The notes beneath the pieces were generated by a model, which saw only the letters and a program-made list of their open reading frames with translations, searched no databases and was not told where the DNA came from. Both the position numbers and the translations under genes were made by a program. Below are positions 40,616 to 51,087 of a stretch of 54,567 nt of DNA, one piece after another. This stretch comes from Candidatus Bathyarchaeota archaeon (lineage in GTDB: Archaea; Thermoproteota; Bathyarchaeia; RBG-16-48-13; GCA-020355125): assembly GCA_026015035.1 (NCBI GenBank), contig JAOZHB010000050.1, forward strand, positions 1 through 54,567, given 5' to 3'. Each line of letters starts with the position of its first letter. Within the stretch, counting starts at the first letter, position 1.

Positions 40616-41335
40616 ATGCCATTATTTGACGCATTGATACGCCTCACCCATGACTCGCAGTTCATTGACTTTTCCCGCAAGTTTCCTTCTGCGAAACTGT
40701 TTTTTTGGTGTAATGGTGAGAATGACGTGCTCGAAATCGTGCTAAGCAATCCTGACGAATATGCACAAGCGAAAGAGCACCTCCCAAAAGTTGAGGGACT
40801 CATTGAAGAATCCACGGATCACACCAAGATCCATCTCATCACCCGTAAATGCGCGTGTACGATTCATACTTCATTGGACTGCTGTATCGGCGACCTCAAC
40901 CTGCTTCAGGTCTACCCAGAGATCATTCAAAATGGGTGGGAATTCCACCGCATCATCGCGTTTCAACATGACCATTTAGCAGAACTATTGCATCGCTTAG
41001 AGTCTGCGGGGTGGCTTGTGGAAATTCTCAGGAAAGTGCCCTGTGAAGGATTGATCGCTAGTTCATTGATGCTCACGGCGGACGCTGTATTTGCTACTTT
41101 GACGCAGAAACAGATTGACGCAGTGTTGACTGCACATGGTAAAGGGTATTATCAAATTCCACGCAAAGCAGATCTTCAAACCATCGCAGCTACAACACAG
41201 GTGGCACGAACCACCTTTCAAGAACACCTGAAAAAAGCGGAAAATAAACTCGTTACCGCCCTCGTGCCCTACATGAAACTCTTTGCTTACACGCCTGTCA
41301 ATCGACGAGCCCCCCTCAAGATGCCCGTTGGCTAG
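40616..41335 (+). CDS. HTH-10 (Bat-like) transcriptional regulator
   Basis: LTQKQ...A..KGYY..PRK..L..IA......T..EHLKKAE.KL. Confidence 0.9.
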   Translation: MPLFDALIRLTHDSQFIDFSRKFPSAKLFFWCNGENDVLEIVLSNPDEYAQAKEHLPKVEGLIEESTDHTKIHLITRKCACTIHTSLDCCIGDLNLLQVYPEIIQNGWEFHRIIAFQHDHLAELLHRLESAGWLVEILRKVPCEGLIASSLMLTADAVFATLTQKQIDAVLTAHGKGYYQIPRKADLQTIAATTQVARTTFQEHLKKAENKLVTALVPYMKLFAYTPVNRRAPLKMPVG

Positions 41336-41470
41336 TAGCTAGCTATACTCCCCGTAGCGGGCGCTAATTGATGAAGCAACGAGTCCAACAATCCACCACA
41401 AGCTGCAAATACTCTTTTATTTTCCACTCACAGGCATAGCTAGCTAGTTGGTGGGATAGGAGGTGAAATT

Positions 41471-41665
41471 ATGACAGAAAAAATGCCTGATAATATGAAG
41501 CTCCATTGCATGATGGTTACTGAAGACGGTGGAAAGACTTGGACAGTAGCGACTATTTTCTATCTCGCTCCCACTTTTTATGGTGAATCTAGAGGCTTTC
41601 TTGAATCCAGTTCTTTTCAGAACATGAAGTTGGTGAAAATAGATGAGTGGACTAGCACTAGCTAG
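41471..41665 (+). CDS. Small hypothetical protein (64 aa)
   Basis: GGAGGTGA RBS; its 5' end is duplicated at 40040. Confidence 0.55.
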   Translation: MTEKMPDNMKLHCMMVTEDGGKTWTVATIFYLAPTFYGESRGFLESSSFQNMKLVKIDEWTSTS

Positions 41666-41683
41666 AACGTTTAGCGCGCGCGC

Positions 41684-42754
41684 TTATCGTTGTTTTTGAA
41701 GTGCCCAGTAAGCTGCTATACCTATGACACAAACTAATGCAATTGCTGTGACTATTGCTACTTCTGTTGAGATTAGGGAAGTTTGTGTATTAGGTTCTTC
41801 AGGTTGTGTTGTCGTAAAAAGATCAGCAATTCTGGTTTCTTTGTAAAGAAGCCCATTTTCTTCAATAACTCCCTCCGCTCCCTGAATGACTGAATTTAAT
41901 ACCGTTTCTAAATTGAGCTTTACTGTTCTATCAAAATGATGATTTTGGTAAACATATATTTCCTTGTTGACTGAGTCAAAGATGTTACTATATTTTGTTC
42001 CATATTCACCCTCTTCATGAATAGCATCAAGAATACCTCGAACTGCCTCAACTGTCAGATCCTGTTCAGAAGTTATTGCTTCAAGCATCGAAGTGGCTGT
42101 ATCATACCGCTGACAAGGATACTGTCCCACATTGGTATTCGCCAGATTAAAGTTTGTTGAAATAATATATCTTAAAGACCCTTTTCGCGTAAAAACAAAT
42201 TCTCCATCTTCTCCTACACTAACAACTACAGCATCGCCAGAGGCATCTGCAAAATGTAGTTGGTTACTCCATTGGGTTCCAAGATTATGAGATTGAAACC
42301 ATTCAATAACTTCATCTACATTGCTGCATTCCATCAGAATCTGGTCTAATGGATACGTGAAAGTGCTTTCTCTCTCTGGGTGAGGATTAAGATTCAATAA
42401 TGGAAGCGCATTACCGTCAGCACAGAGTCCCGGATCATTCATGCCTCCTTGAGCGTATCCATCCGCTTGATCGTCATTGTATTTATAGCCAAAAGCAACC
42501 ACACCATGAATATCTATAGTACCTGATGGAGTATCCAACTCTTGAGGTGGCACTGTCCACATATAGGTACCTGTAAGGCTATAATCTTCATTACTCCCAA
42601 AAAACACAATATCACCAATAGAAACTGTAAAAATGGAACATGATGTTGGATTGTCAGCAGAGTAAGCAAATACATTTGCAGCCACCATCGAAATTCCAAT
42701 GGACAAGAAAATAAATACAACACATTTCCTGATATATTGATTATTCATAAGCAA
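41684..42754 (-). CDS. Secreted, membrane-anchored Ntn-hydrolase (C45/choloylglycine hydrolase-like)
   Basis: Signal peptide, SCSIF..GSNED nucleophile region, GGMN..GL, STNF, C-terminal TM. Confidence 0.8.
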   Translation of the reverse strand: MLMNNQYIRKCVVFIFLSIGISMVAANVFAYSADNPTSCSIFTVSIGDIVFFGSNEDYSLTGTYMWTVPPQELDTPSGTIDIHGVVAFGYKYNDDQADGYAQGGMNDPGLCADGNALPLLNLNPHPERESTFTYPLDQILMECSNVDEVIEWFQSHNLGTQWSNQLHFADASGDAVVVSVGEDGEFVFTRKGSLRYIISTNFNLANTNVGQYPCQRYDTATSMLEAITSEQDLTVEAVRGILDAIHEEGEYGTKYSNIFDSVNKEIYVYQNHHFDRTVKLNLETVLNSVIQGAEGVIEENGLLYKETRIADLFTTTQPEEPNTQTSLISTEVAIVTAIALVCVIGIAAYWALQKQR

Positions 42755-42772
42755 AACCTTGTTTCTACAAAA

Positions 42773-43459
42773 TCATCGTCGTCTCAAGTATAATACAGGT
42801 ACAATAGCAGCAATTGCTATTGCGACTATTAATACATAAAATAAGGTTGGTTCCAATCCAAATATTTGAGATTGCCACATATTTGTTTTATCAACAATAA
42901 ATTTCTGAGTGAAATCATCCGCAGATTGGTCTGATTGAAGAAGAATCCCAGTAGTTTTATCCCATCTGAATACGATCTGATTAATGGTTGCGTAATTAAC
43001 AAGTCTATTTGCATCTGCATATGTATGCTCTTCTGTACCACCAATTGCGATGTTCCCGAAGTCTTCGTGATAGAATTCATCGCCAATATCAAGGTTTACT
43101 GGTACTAGTAGGAGGTTAGGAACTCCTGTTTCAAGGTTGAAGGTACCGCTATTTGTGTCCGATGTTCCGTCTAATCTCTCAACCGTCAAATCAGCGGTTA
43201 TACTCGTTCCTTGAATACTTGTGACCTCGATTCTCACCCGTTTTGGGTAATTATTTGGAGGAGAACCAGTGTAACTAACGTTATACTCGATCCAATCCCC
43301 TTCTTTAACACCTACAGAAACATCAGCTAATACTGACACTGGCGATAAAATAACAAGCGATATTAAACTTAAACAAAACAATTCAGAGGAAAGTTTCTGG
43401 GTCATAAAACTTCCTTCCAATCTTTCATGTTTTTCCATTAAAACTTTATGGTCAAACAC
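42773..43459 (-). CDS. Secreted/surface protein with C-terminal membrane anchor
   Basis: Signal peptide, VGVKEGDWIEY, WDKTTGIL, TM followed by RRR; true start possibly 43405. Confidence 0.75.
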   Translation of the reverse strand: MFDHKVLMEKHERLEGSFMTQKLSSELFCLSLISLVILSPVSVLADVSVGVKEGDWIEYNVSYTGSPPNNYPKRVRIEVTSIQGTSITADLTVERLDGTSDTNSGTFNLETGVPNLLLVPVNLDIGDEFYHEDFGNIAIGGTEEHTYADANRLVNYATINQIVFRWDKTTGILLQSDQSADDFTQKFIVDKTNMWQSQIFGLEPTLFYVLIVAIAIAAIVPVLYLRRR

Positions 43460-43676
43460 AAGTTATTCGAGGTCGCCATGTTTCTCTTTCATTTCTTAGA
43501 AACTTAGCTAGAAATATGTTTCCCATCCCTCAACACTCATCAGGCGTCAGGTAGGAACAGCACTAGCTGCTCATCGTCGCTGTCCAATGGGCTCTCATAA
43601 AGTCGATCGAGCTGGGACTAGCGCGTGCTCAGAAGTTCCATAAACATCACTTCGTCGACGACAATCAGTCGAGACA

Positions 43677-44066
43677 TTATTCTTCATGGCTCGCAGGCGT
43701 TAACCCTTCGTTATCATCAACGTATGTACGTCCTCGCGCCAAGTTGATCCTCCACTTCCGATCAAACGCCTCATCAACGTCGAGGGTGGGGTCAAGGCAG
43801 TAGAGGCCATTGAGGCAGTAAAAGATGGCGTCGATGAATTCTTCTGCGACGTGCGCCGTGAGCTCCTCGTCTGTGGAGACATTTAATTCTCGTTTAAGCC
43901 ATTCCCTGTCTCCGCGGTGCTTCCACGCGTCGCCTGCTTCCCCCAACTCAATAATGGCGTAAAAGACCTTGGTCCCCACGTGCTCTCGACTTATGCCCCA
44001 GCCAAACCTCTTGGCTAACTCAATTACCTTGTCTTTAGCTATGTTTAACGTAGGCATATCATCCAC
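43677..44066 (-). CDS. MazG-like NTP pyrophosphohydrolase
   Basis: ELGE...EE..D..FY...K. Confidence 0.75.
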   Translation of the reverse strand: MDDMPTLNIAKDKVIELAKRFGWGISREHVGTKVFYAIIELGEAGDAWKHRGDREWLKRELNVSTDEELTAHVAEEFIDAIFYCLNGLYCLDPTLDVDEAFDRKWRINLARGRTYVDDNEGLTPASHEE

Positions 44067-44429
44067 CCCACTTATTTAGAAGGTCATTATAACAGGCAAA
44101 CAGACCTTTAAGGCGAATAGCAGGCTCTTCCTTTTATCCCTTATGACGAAAACCCAGTGAGGAACCATTCTACTCAGAAATCATCAACAGGAATACGTAT
44201 CCCTAGGGAGCGTATAGTCCACCCCTGTGTGAAACGCCAAACAAAGACTGCCCAGCTCCGAACAGCTGTTATGGGTGTTTGAGACACCGTCAATCTATAC
44301 GATTGGGCGATGAAGCCGTCGAACCCGTGTGTATAATGGTAGATGCCGTAAACATAGACCGTCGATGTTTTTAGTATGCAGAACCATTTATGTTCCGTGA
44401 ACTCAATTAAAGATGAGAGGAATAGTGTT

Positions 44430-45206
44430 ATGCAGTGGAAGAAGAACAAGTTAAAACGTATCTTGGAAGAGGAAAAAATCGCGGTGGGCACGGCTTTTTA
44501 CTCCTTCAGTCCTGCCCTCGTGGAGACCGCTGGTTACTGCGGATTAGACTTCTGTCGTATCGATAATGAGCACGCGTGGCGACAGGATGAAACCCTCGAG
44601 CACATGTTACGGGCGGCCACAATTTCCGATATTGTGGCGTTGCCGAGAGTCGATGGAAATCCGGAACTCATTCGAAAGGTGTTGGAAGCGGGAGCCTGGG
44701 GCTTCGTGGCACCCCACGTGTTGACGAAAGCAGACGTCACGAAGATTGTGCGAGCCGCGAAGTTTCCCCCGCAGGGAGAACGAGGATACGGCAGCATGTG
44801 TTTCTCCGGTCGATGGGGAACGGGCTCCGGTAAGGAATGGATCGAGTGGAGTAACGAGGAGACCATGGTGGGCGTCATGATCGAGGATTACCGGGCGGTG
44901 AAGAGGATCGAGGAGATCATGGCCGTTGATGGCTTAGACTTCATCCTCTTTGGACCGTCAGATTACTCAGTCTCCCTCGGACTCCCGACGCAGACCACGC
45001 ACCCGAAGGTCATGGAAGGCCTGCAAAAGACCATCGACGCCGCGAATCGACATGGAAAGTACGTGATGAAGGGGGTCGGGTATCCTTGGCGGGAAAACGC
45101 CGAGAAGTATATTGAGATGGGCTGCCACCTCATCGAGTTGGGCCACGACGTTTCAATCCTCAGCGCCATGTGGAAACGACTCGGCAGTGAGGTGAGAACC
45201 CTCTAA
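44430..45206 (+). CDS. HpcH/HpaI aldolase family protein
   Basis: IDNEH, FPPQGERG, MIED, FGPSDYS. Confidence 0.92.
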   Translation: MQWKKNKLKRILEEEKIAVGTAFYSFSPALVETAGYCGLDFCRIDNEHAWRQDETLEHMLRAATISDIVALPRVDGNPELIRKVLEAGAWGFVAPHVLTKADVTKIVRAAKFPPQGERGYGSMCFSGRWGTGSGKEWIEWSNEETMVGVMIEDYRAVKRIEEIMAVDGLDFILFGPSDYSVSLGLPTQTTHPKVMEGLQKTIDAANRHGKYVMKGVGYPWRENAEKYIEMGCHLIELGHDVSILSAMWKRLGSEVRTL

Positions 45207-45272
45207 GCTGGCGGCGAAGAGACCGCTCAGCTAGCTCCCTCAGCCAATACATTTAGCGTGCGCGTGTAGTGC

Positions 45273-46208
45273 TTATGCTTTGAAAACTCCCGTATCAATC
45301 CACTCAGTTTTGATGAGGGACCACCAGTCGATAGCAAGTGATTTCTGTACATAATCATACGGCAGCCAACCGTACCCACTATCGCCCCAACTAGTACCCC
45401 AAGAGTTACGTATAAGAAGTGCCCCCGTTGTCTTTACCCCACAAAGCGTGTTTTCAATCTCCACGTCGTCATCAAATCCTACGGCAACTACCGCATGACC
45501 CCCAAGACGTTTGTCTCTGGAACACGGAAAGGGGATCTTTCCAGTTGTGCTGGCTTGACGAATCGAATTGAAGACCGTAAATCCAAACATGGAGGGGAGA
45601 CCAGCGGTCAGAAAGGCCTTTATCCGTTCTACAAGCACATCCTTGGCGGTGCCAGGAGGGTCGAGACGATAGTACATAATCGACTTGTAGTCTTGTGCAA
45701 AGGCGTAACAGAAGGCAGGAGGCTCCTTCTCGAAGTCACCAATCGTGTAAACCCAATATTCCTCTGGGCAGACACCAAAAAGGACCATGGCCCCCATCGT
45801 TGTACGAATAAATGCTCCAGTATCCCCAGTCCAGTGAAGAAGGTTTCGAGTTGCCTTATACAGAAACAGCCTTGACGCATCAACATGCTTACCGAAAGCC
45901 CTTCGCTCATAGTATTCCATGAGGCCTACCCCTGCATTGGCTGTACATGAACCCAGAGAACCTTGGTTCTCTATAGGCGGGCACCATCCCTTTAGGTTGA
46001 ACGAACTAGGAATACTCACTTTGGTGGGTTCTAACACGCCCACTTTCCCTAACAACACGCTTACCGAGTCTTCTTCTTTCTTCAGTCCAATTTCCTGATG
46101 TCGTGGACGAAGGTCCTTCATGTCAATCGTGAAGTCGCGAAAGTCGGGATAATCTGGCAACCACCCCAATCCTAATTCGACGCCAACTCGTTCTTCTTTT
46201 TCAGTCAT
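45273..46208 (-). CDS. C1 (papain-like) cysteine protease
   Basis: NQGSLGSCTANA, GGHAV, RNSWG. Confidence 0.93.
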   Translation of the reverse strand: MTEKEERVGVELGLGWLPDYPDFRDFTIDMKDLRPRHQEIGLKKEEDSVSVLLGKVGVLEPTKVSIPSSFNLKGWCPPIENQGSLGSCTANAGVGLMEYYERRAFGKHVDASRLFLYKATRNLLHWTGDTGAFIRTTMGAMVLFGVCPEEYWVYTIGDFEKEPPAFCYAFAQDYKSIMYYRLDPPGTAKDVLVERIKAFLTAGLPSMFGFTVFNSIRQASTTGKIPFPCSRDKRLGGHAVVAVGFDDDVEIENTLCGVKTTGALLIRNSWGTSWGDSGYGWLPYDYVQKSLAIDWWSLIKTEWIDTGVFKA

Positions 46209-46454
46209 TGTCTCTCAAATACGTAGAATGTATGTATAGATATAAAAACGTTTGACGCACGCGTTTAGAGAGGATAGTAACGTGAAAAACACAACAATTG
46301 ACACGTGAAACGCTCTTCGGATAGAAAGCTATGGGCACCTAGTCGCTAGCTAGCGAGCTTAAAACCTTGAAACCATTGAGTGCTAAGAAACTTGCCATGA
46401 GCTAGCTAGTTAAAAAGGTGGGGCGAGTACGCTATCGTACTCTTCGTGACGATG

Positions 46455-46932
46455 CTAGTATGCTTTAGCGAGACCATTGCCTAGTAATGTTAAGTGATTT
46501 CTGTCATGAAGCATTACGGACGCAGCGACAGTGTCGATCGGTACTAGTTCCAAATATTTTTCCGTGTATTTGGCATATCCAATTGCGTATGCTTGTTGGA
46601 ATGTTTTTCCTTCTAAGAGGGCATAATTTGCGGCGTTAGAGGCTTCAGTAAACCTGTTCAGATGCCATAAATGCGCCCAATGAAGGTCGTTATAGCCTAA
46701 ATAAGCTTTGGCCGTGCTCGCGATGGCGAGAGGGCCCAGTCCTGCCGCGGATTGGCATGATACGGTACTCGCAGCACGTCCTGAGAGAAGGCCTACATTG
46801 CCAGCGTCTAAGGCGGCTTCGAGAACCCCTGACTCCTGACCCCAGAGCGTGAATGTGCTACCATGATCATAATGTATCACGAAGTCAGGATCTTCTTCGG
46901 AGATGTTGGTGGTGACTTTTTCCCGACTCGCA
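46455..46932 (-). pseudogene. N-terminally truncated caspase/gingipain(C25)-fold-like protein
   Basis: YDHGS..SCQS..YLGY..LLGN pattern; the protein-like part begins right after TAGCGCGCGCTA (46933-46944) and upstream in-frame sequence looks non-coding. Confidence 0.5.
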
Positions 46933-47068
46933 TAGCGCGCGCTAATGTAACAAGGAAGGGAGATCCGACGAATTTTAAAAGAAAAAAAAGATCGGCTATT
47001 TAGATAAAAGAAAAAATGGGGGAACATTGCGGGAGATCTCTCCCACAACATACTGGTTCAGACCTGAT

Positions 47069-49216
47069 CTAGTCTTCCTCGAGTAGACAGAACCCTTTAT
47101 CGTCAACATTGCGGTTGTGGCGACGCTCACTATTACGGATAGTTCGATCCCATACTCGGACTCGGACCACGTAGCCACACGCCACCATAGTTTTAGTATC
47201 CAGTTTCCAAGCATTACCTGCTAACGCCGTCTGTGATTCACCCGATGATACTGGAAATATAGTGCCTGTTGTCGGACTTGGCGGCGACATGCTGGCGGGA
47301 AGGGTATCCAGTCTGAAGTGTCCGAAGTGGAGATCACGAGCCACAAACTTACCGGTGATCACAGCTCCAGGCGCGTACTTGTCACACGCGCCACCGTCAA
47401 TGGTGATTTCGGCAGTGGGCACAGTGTTGTCTAGGCGGATGCGATACCAGGGTGTATTATCTAGATTGAGCGTGCCTGCATTGTTGTACAGTCGCAAGCG
47501 TATCTCCCACAGGCCGTCGCCGCTTGTGGACCACTCAACTAGCTTGTTCAAGACGTTTTGCGTTACATCCAAGTAGTCAAAGAGACCCGTGACAGGGTCA
47601 GCGTTGTGATAGGATCCATTCCCGTACATGTCCACGACCCAGATCTTGTTTGTGATGGTGAGTACGTTAGAGCTGCCGAACTCCCTTACCTCGATGCAGT
47701 ACTTGAAACCAACGTTGGGTGGCGCATGAGCGATTACAAGACCGCCAAAGGGGCACTCCCGCAGGTGAGTCCCCCAGGGATCAGCAGGGGTGCTCCACAC
47801 CGCAAATTTGGCATTCGGCTTCGTCATGCCATTACTCGCCGTATTGATATCGCCAATTCCGATACCGCCCAGGATGCTGATCTGCGCCATAAGTTCCCAA
47901 GGTTTCCCTGGCTTGATCTGCACGTGGGTGTCCAGACGGTTACCCCAATAGGGGACGTCATTCGGGTCAGTGGTGGAGGGCGGCGTATTCCACGATAGAA
48001 CCGCACGCACACGGGCAATCTTCGGCTTGTTGCACGGTTGACGGTGCGAGCGTAGATCGACGGGGAGGATGGCCGTATAGTGAAGCCCATCGGCTGGCAT
48101 GCTTGCTATGTCGTAAACACTCACTTCCACCGTGTCGAGATAGGTCCACTCACAGGTGTCATCCCAGTCCGCCCAGAACGCTATGTACTCCTTGCTACCC
48201 TTCTTGCACAGGTCGCCCGAATACCCGGACGGTTTCTTGATGTGGAACGCAGCCAACAACCACTCAAGGTTATAATCCAGGCCCAAGCAATCTAACTCCT
48301 CGTAGGAAACGTTGCCGCTGGTCGCTTGCAGTGCCTCAACCGCAGCTGACCAGTCTAGGCCCACCGCATCCCATTTAGCAATCATCTTTGAAACTATCTG
48401 CGGGTTGACCGCCCCGACAGCTAGGTGCGCCTGGATATCGTTGAAACCGAACCGGTGTGGCTCCACAGCGATCTTCCCCACTTGCATCTTTGTGCCTGCG
48501 GGCGTGGTATACAGTTTCACTAAGTCAGGTAACTCTAGAGGGGGTGGTTCGGGCTGGGGAATTGGACAAGGCTCGACTTCCTCGAAGATCGGTGGCAGCT
48601 TAACCTCTTGCTTCAGAGCGATCCCGATGACCTTTACCACATCAGCAAGTAACCACAGTCGTGGTTTAATCTGGATGTGCCGCTCAAGCGTATTTCCCCA
48701 CACCATTGGCCAATCCGGGTCATCGTCAGGTGGCTCTGCCTCCCAAGACAGGATGGCCCGCACATTGGGGAGGACGGGGTTGCCACAATAGTCCCGATGT
48801 GGCTCGATGGGAAGCGTCACCACATAGGTGAGAGGTTTGTTGGGCTTGCCAGCGCAGTCGTTAGCGTTGGGGATATCATGAGCATTGAAGGCGACGAGGC
48901 CTGCGTTCTCCCAGCCGTCCCCATAATCTATGAAGAATCGCACGTATTCTGTGGTTCCAGGCTGGCACAGGTTTCCCCCATAACCGTGTGGTAGTTTAAC
49001 TTGTACGGTGGCTTCCAGCATATTCAGGTTGGGATTGAACCCGACGCAGGTCAGTTCTTCGTACGTGGTGTTGCCCACGATCTTCTTCACTGTCTTGAAG
49101 GGGCTTTTAGGCAGAGTACCAAAGTAATTCGGATTTTGAAGCATCAGCTTCTTAAACTCAATCCTTTCCTTTTCCACCTTCACTTCCATATTTCTTCCTC
49201 TTGTTTCCTTTTTCAT
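47069..49216 (-). CDS. Large hypothetical protein with an internally duplicated domain
   Basis: GNTTYEELTC..GYGGNLC..EYVRF..RAILSW..WGN..HIQIKP repeated as GNVSYEELDC..GYSGDLC..EYIAF..RAVLSW..WGN..HVQIKP; GGAGGTGA RBS. Confidence 0.85.
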   Translation of the reverse strand: MKKETRGRNMEVKVEKERIEFKKLMLQNPNYFGTLPKSPFKTVKKIVGNTTYEELTCVGFNPNLNMLEATVQVKLPHGYGGNLCQPGTTEYVRFFIDYGDGWENAGLVAFNAHDIPNANDCAGKPNKPLTYVVTLPIEPHRDYCGNPVLPNVRAILSWEAEPPDDDPDWPMVWGNTLERHIQIKPRLWLLADVVKVIGIALKQEVKLPPIFEEVEPCPIPQPEPPPLELPDLVKLYTTPAGTKMQVGKIAVEPHRFGFNDIQAHLAVGAVNPQIVSKMIAKWDAVGLDWSAAVEALQATSGNVSYEELDCLGLDYNLEWLLAAFHIKKPSGYSGDLCKKGSKEYIAFWADWDDTCEWTYLDTVEVSVYDIASMPADGLHYTAILPVDLRSHRQPCNKPKIARVRAVLSWNTPPSTTDPNDVPYWGNRLDTHVQIKPGKPWELMAQISILGGIGIGDINTASNGMTKPNAKFAVWSTPADPWGTHLRECPFGGLVIAHAPPNVGFKYCIEVREFGSSNVLTITNKIWVVDMYGNGSYHNADPVTGLFDYLDVTQNVLNKLVEWSTSGDGLWEIRLRLYNNAGTLNLDNTPWYRIRLDNTVPTAEITIDGGACDKYAPGAVITGKFVARDLHFGHFRLDTLPASMSPPSPTTGTIFPVSSGESQTALAGNAWKLDTKTMVACGYVVRVRVWDRTIRNSERRHNRNVDDKGFCLLEED

Positions 49217-49841
49217 GATGTTGTCACCTCCTTTTTATTCACTTGAAAAAGTTCTACCGATTAACATATGTGGCACACTATATTTGAAGTAATATGTTTT
49301 GCAGAACTTTATCCTAAAAATCTATTAGAAATATAAGCTTTTTAATGAGTAGAATTGCTGTCGTTGATGTTACTGGCTAGAAGAGCCTCTATAACAAAGC
49401 TGGAGTAAAGGATCTTTCGCAATACTCTTTTTCGAAATAACTCGTTGGCAGGTATTAACTAGGGGGTGTATTGATCATCTGGGTTTCTTATGATTCTTGT
49501 GCTGGTTTACAAGCTGGTGGATTCGTCGCCTGAGGGCGTCCCTGATGACGTCATCTAGTTAGCTAGTTCTCCTAGATCAGAATCAGGGAACAACATACTA
49601 TATAGTTTAAAACTGGGAAGCCAATTAATAACATGCATACGAAGTGGGAGTGGATCATCGAAGCAAGCGAAAACGGGGAGAGTGTCAGTATTACGGTCAA
49701 GAGCCCCGAAAGCAGGCATACCTCAAATGGGGTCGTCGAGAAATCCATTAGAGCGCCGTAGGCACCTATCGCATGATCCACTGCATCATTGACTCCGCGA
49801 ACCTCGTTCACACTCGGAACGCGTTGGAGAGAGGAAAATAA

Positions 49842-50984
49842 ATGAAGATAACGAAGGTAAAGACGTTCATCGTCCACCCGGGAGTGGGTAAGAACTGGCT
49901 CTTTGTGAAAGTAGAAACGGATGAAGGCATTCATGGGTGGGGGGAAGCCTACACGCAAGCTGACCGAGACACAGCCATCGAGGCCCATATCCACAAACTG
50001 GAACGGTACTTGGTGGGGTGGAACCCCTTCGAAATCAAGCGATTCACCCACATGGCCTACGAGGACTGGGCTACCAAGCGGGGTGGGATCGACTTTTTCT
50101 GCGCCGTCAGCGGAGTGGAACAGGCCCTCTGGGACATCGTTGGTAAGACCCTTGATCAACCCGTGTACAACCTGCTCGGGGGGCCCTGCCGGGATCGGAT
50201 CAGGGTCTACGCCAATGGCTGGTCGACGCGGGCAGCGACTCCCCAAGAGTTGGGTGAGCGGGCGCGAGAGGTGGTGAAGAAGGGCTTCACCGCCCTCAAG
50301 TTTGACCCCTTTCCGGGGCCTTGGCGGCTGTATATCACCCGTGAGGAGGAGCTGCAGGCCATCGGGAAGGTAAAAGCCGTGAGGGAAGCGGTGGGTCCGA
50401 CGGTGGACATTCTTGTGGAAGTGCACCGCCGCTTGGCGCCCATGCACGCCATTCGCGTAGCCCACGCTATGGAAGTGTACCGACCTTTCTGGTATGAGGA
50501 GCCGGTTCCTCGAGAGAATTTGGAAGCCTTAGCCGAGGTGCGGCGGGGCATCAGCATTCCAGTGGTGACCGGTGAGTGCATCTACACGAAAGCGGGATTT
50601 CGCAGGGTGTTTGAGACGAGGGCTGCGGACATCATCAACCCCGATATCTGTAACACGGGCGGCATCCTCGAGCTGAAAGAAATCGCCGCCATGGCCGAGC
50701 CCCACTACGTAGCGGTTTCCCCCCACAACTACAACAGTATGACGATCGGCCTGGCCGCGAGTGTGCACACTTCAGCAGTAATGACTAACTTCCTCATTCT
50801 GGAGTACTTCCTCAACTTTGAGGCCATGAGCGGTGAAATAGCCGTCGAGCCGTTACGGGCCAAGCAAGGCTTCATACGGCTTCCGAAGACCCCGGGCTTA
50901 GGAGTGGAACTGAAGGAAGAGGCCTTGGCCCGGTATCATTACCAGGAGTTTCCCAAGCGGTCGATAGCACGCTACTTGGTATAG
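49842..50984 (+). CDS. Galactonate/gluconate dehydratase-like enolase-superfamily protein
   Basis: EQALWDI.GK, YANGW, KFDPF, EVH, EEP, TGE, PHN. Confidence 0.93.
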   Translation: MKITKVKTFIVHPGVGKNWLFVKVETDEGIHGWGEAYTQADRDTAIEAHIHKLERYLVGWNPFEIKRFTHMAYEDWATKRGGIDFFCAVSGVEQALWDIVGKTLDQPVYNLLGGPCRDRIRVYANGWSTRAATPQELGERAREVVKKGFTALKFDPFPGPWRLYITREEELQAIGKVKAVREAVGPTVDILVEVHRRLAPMHAIRVAHAMEVYRPFWYEEPVPRENLEALAEVRRGISIPVVTGECIYTKAGFRRVFETRAADIINPDICNTGGILELKEIAAMAEPHYVAVSPHNYNSMTIGLAASVHTSAVMTNFLILEYFLNFEAMSGEIAVEPLRAKQGFIRLPKTPGLGVELKEEALARYHYQEFPKRSIARYLV

Positions 50985-51087
50985 AGAGTCTTGCTAGCGC
51001 GCGCTAGAGAAGATCATAACAAAATTGCTTTAGAAGAATTCAAGGAAATAGGAAAAAAGCGCTCGCGCTTTTACGGAGGCTTACAGT

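Noticed and set aside
44160-44400. Weak inverted repeats (CGTATAG/CTATACG) upstream of the aldolase
   Set aside because: Too short and scattered to support an ncRNA or IS end
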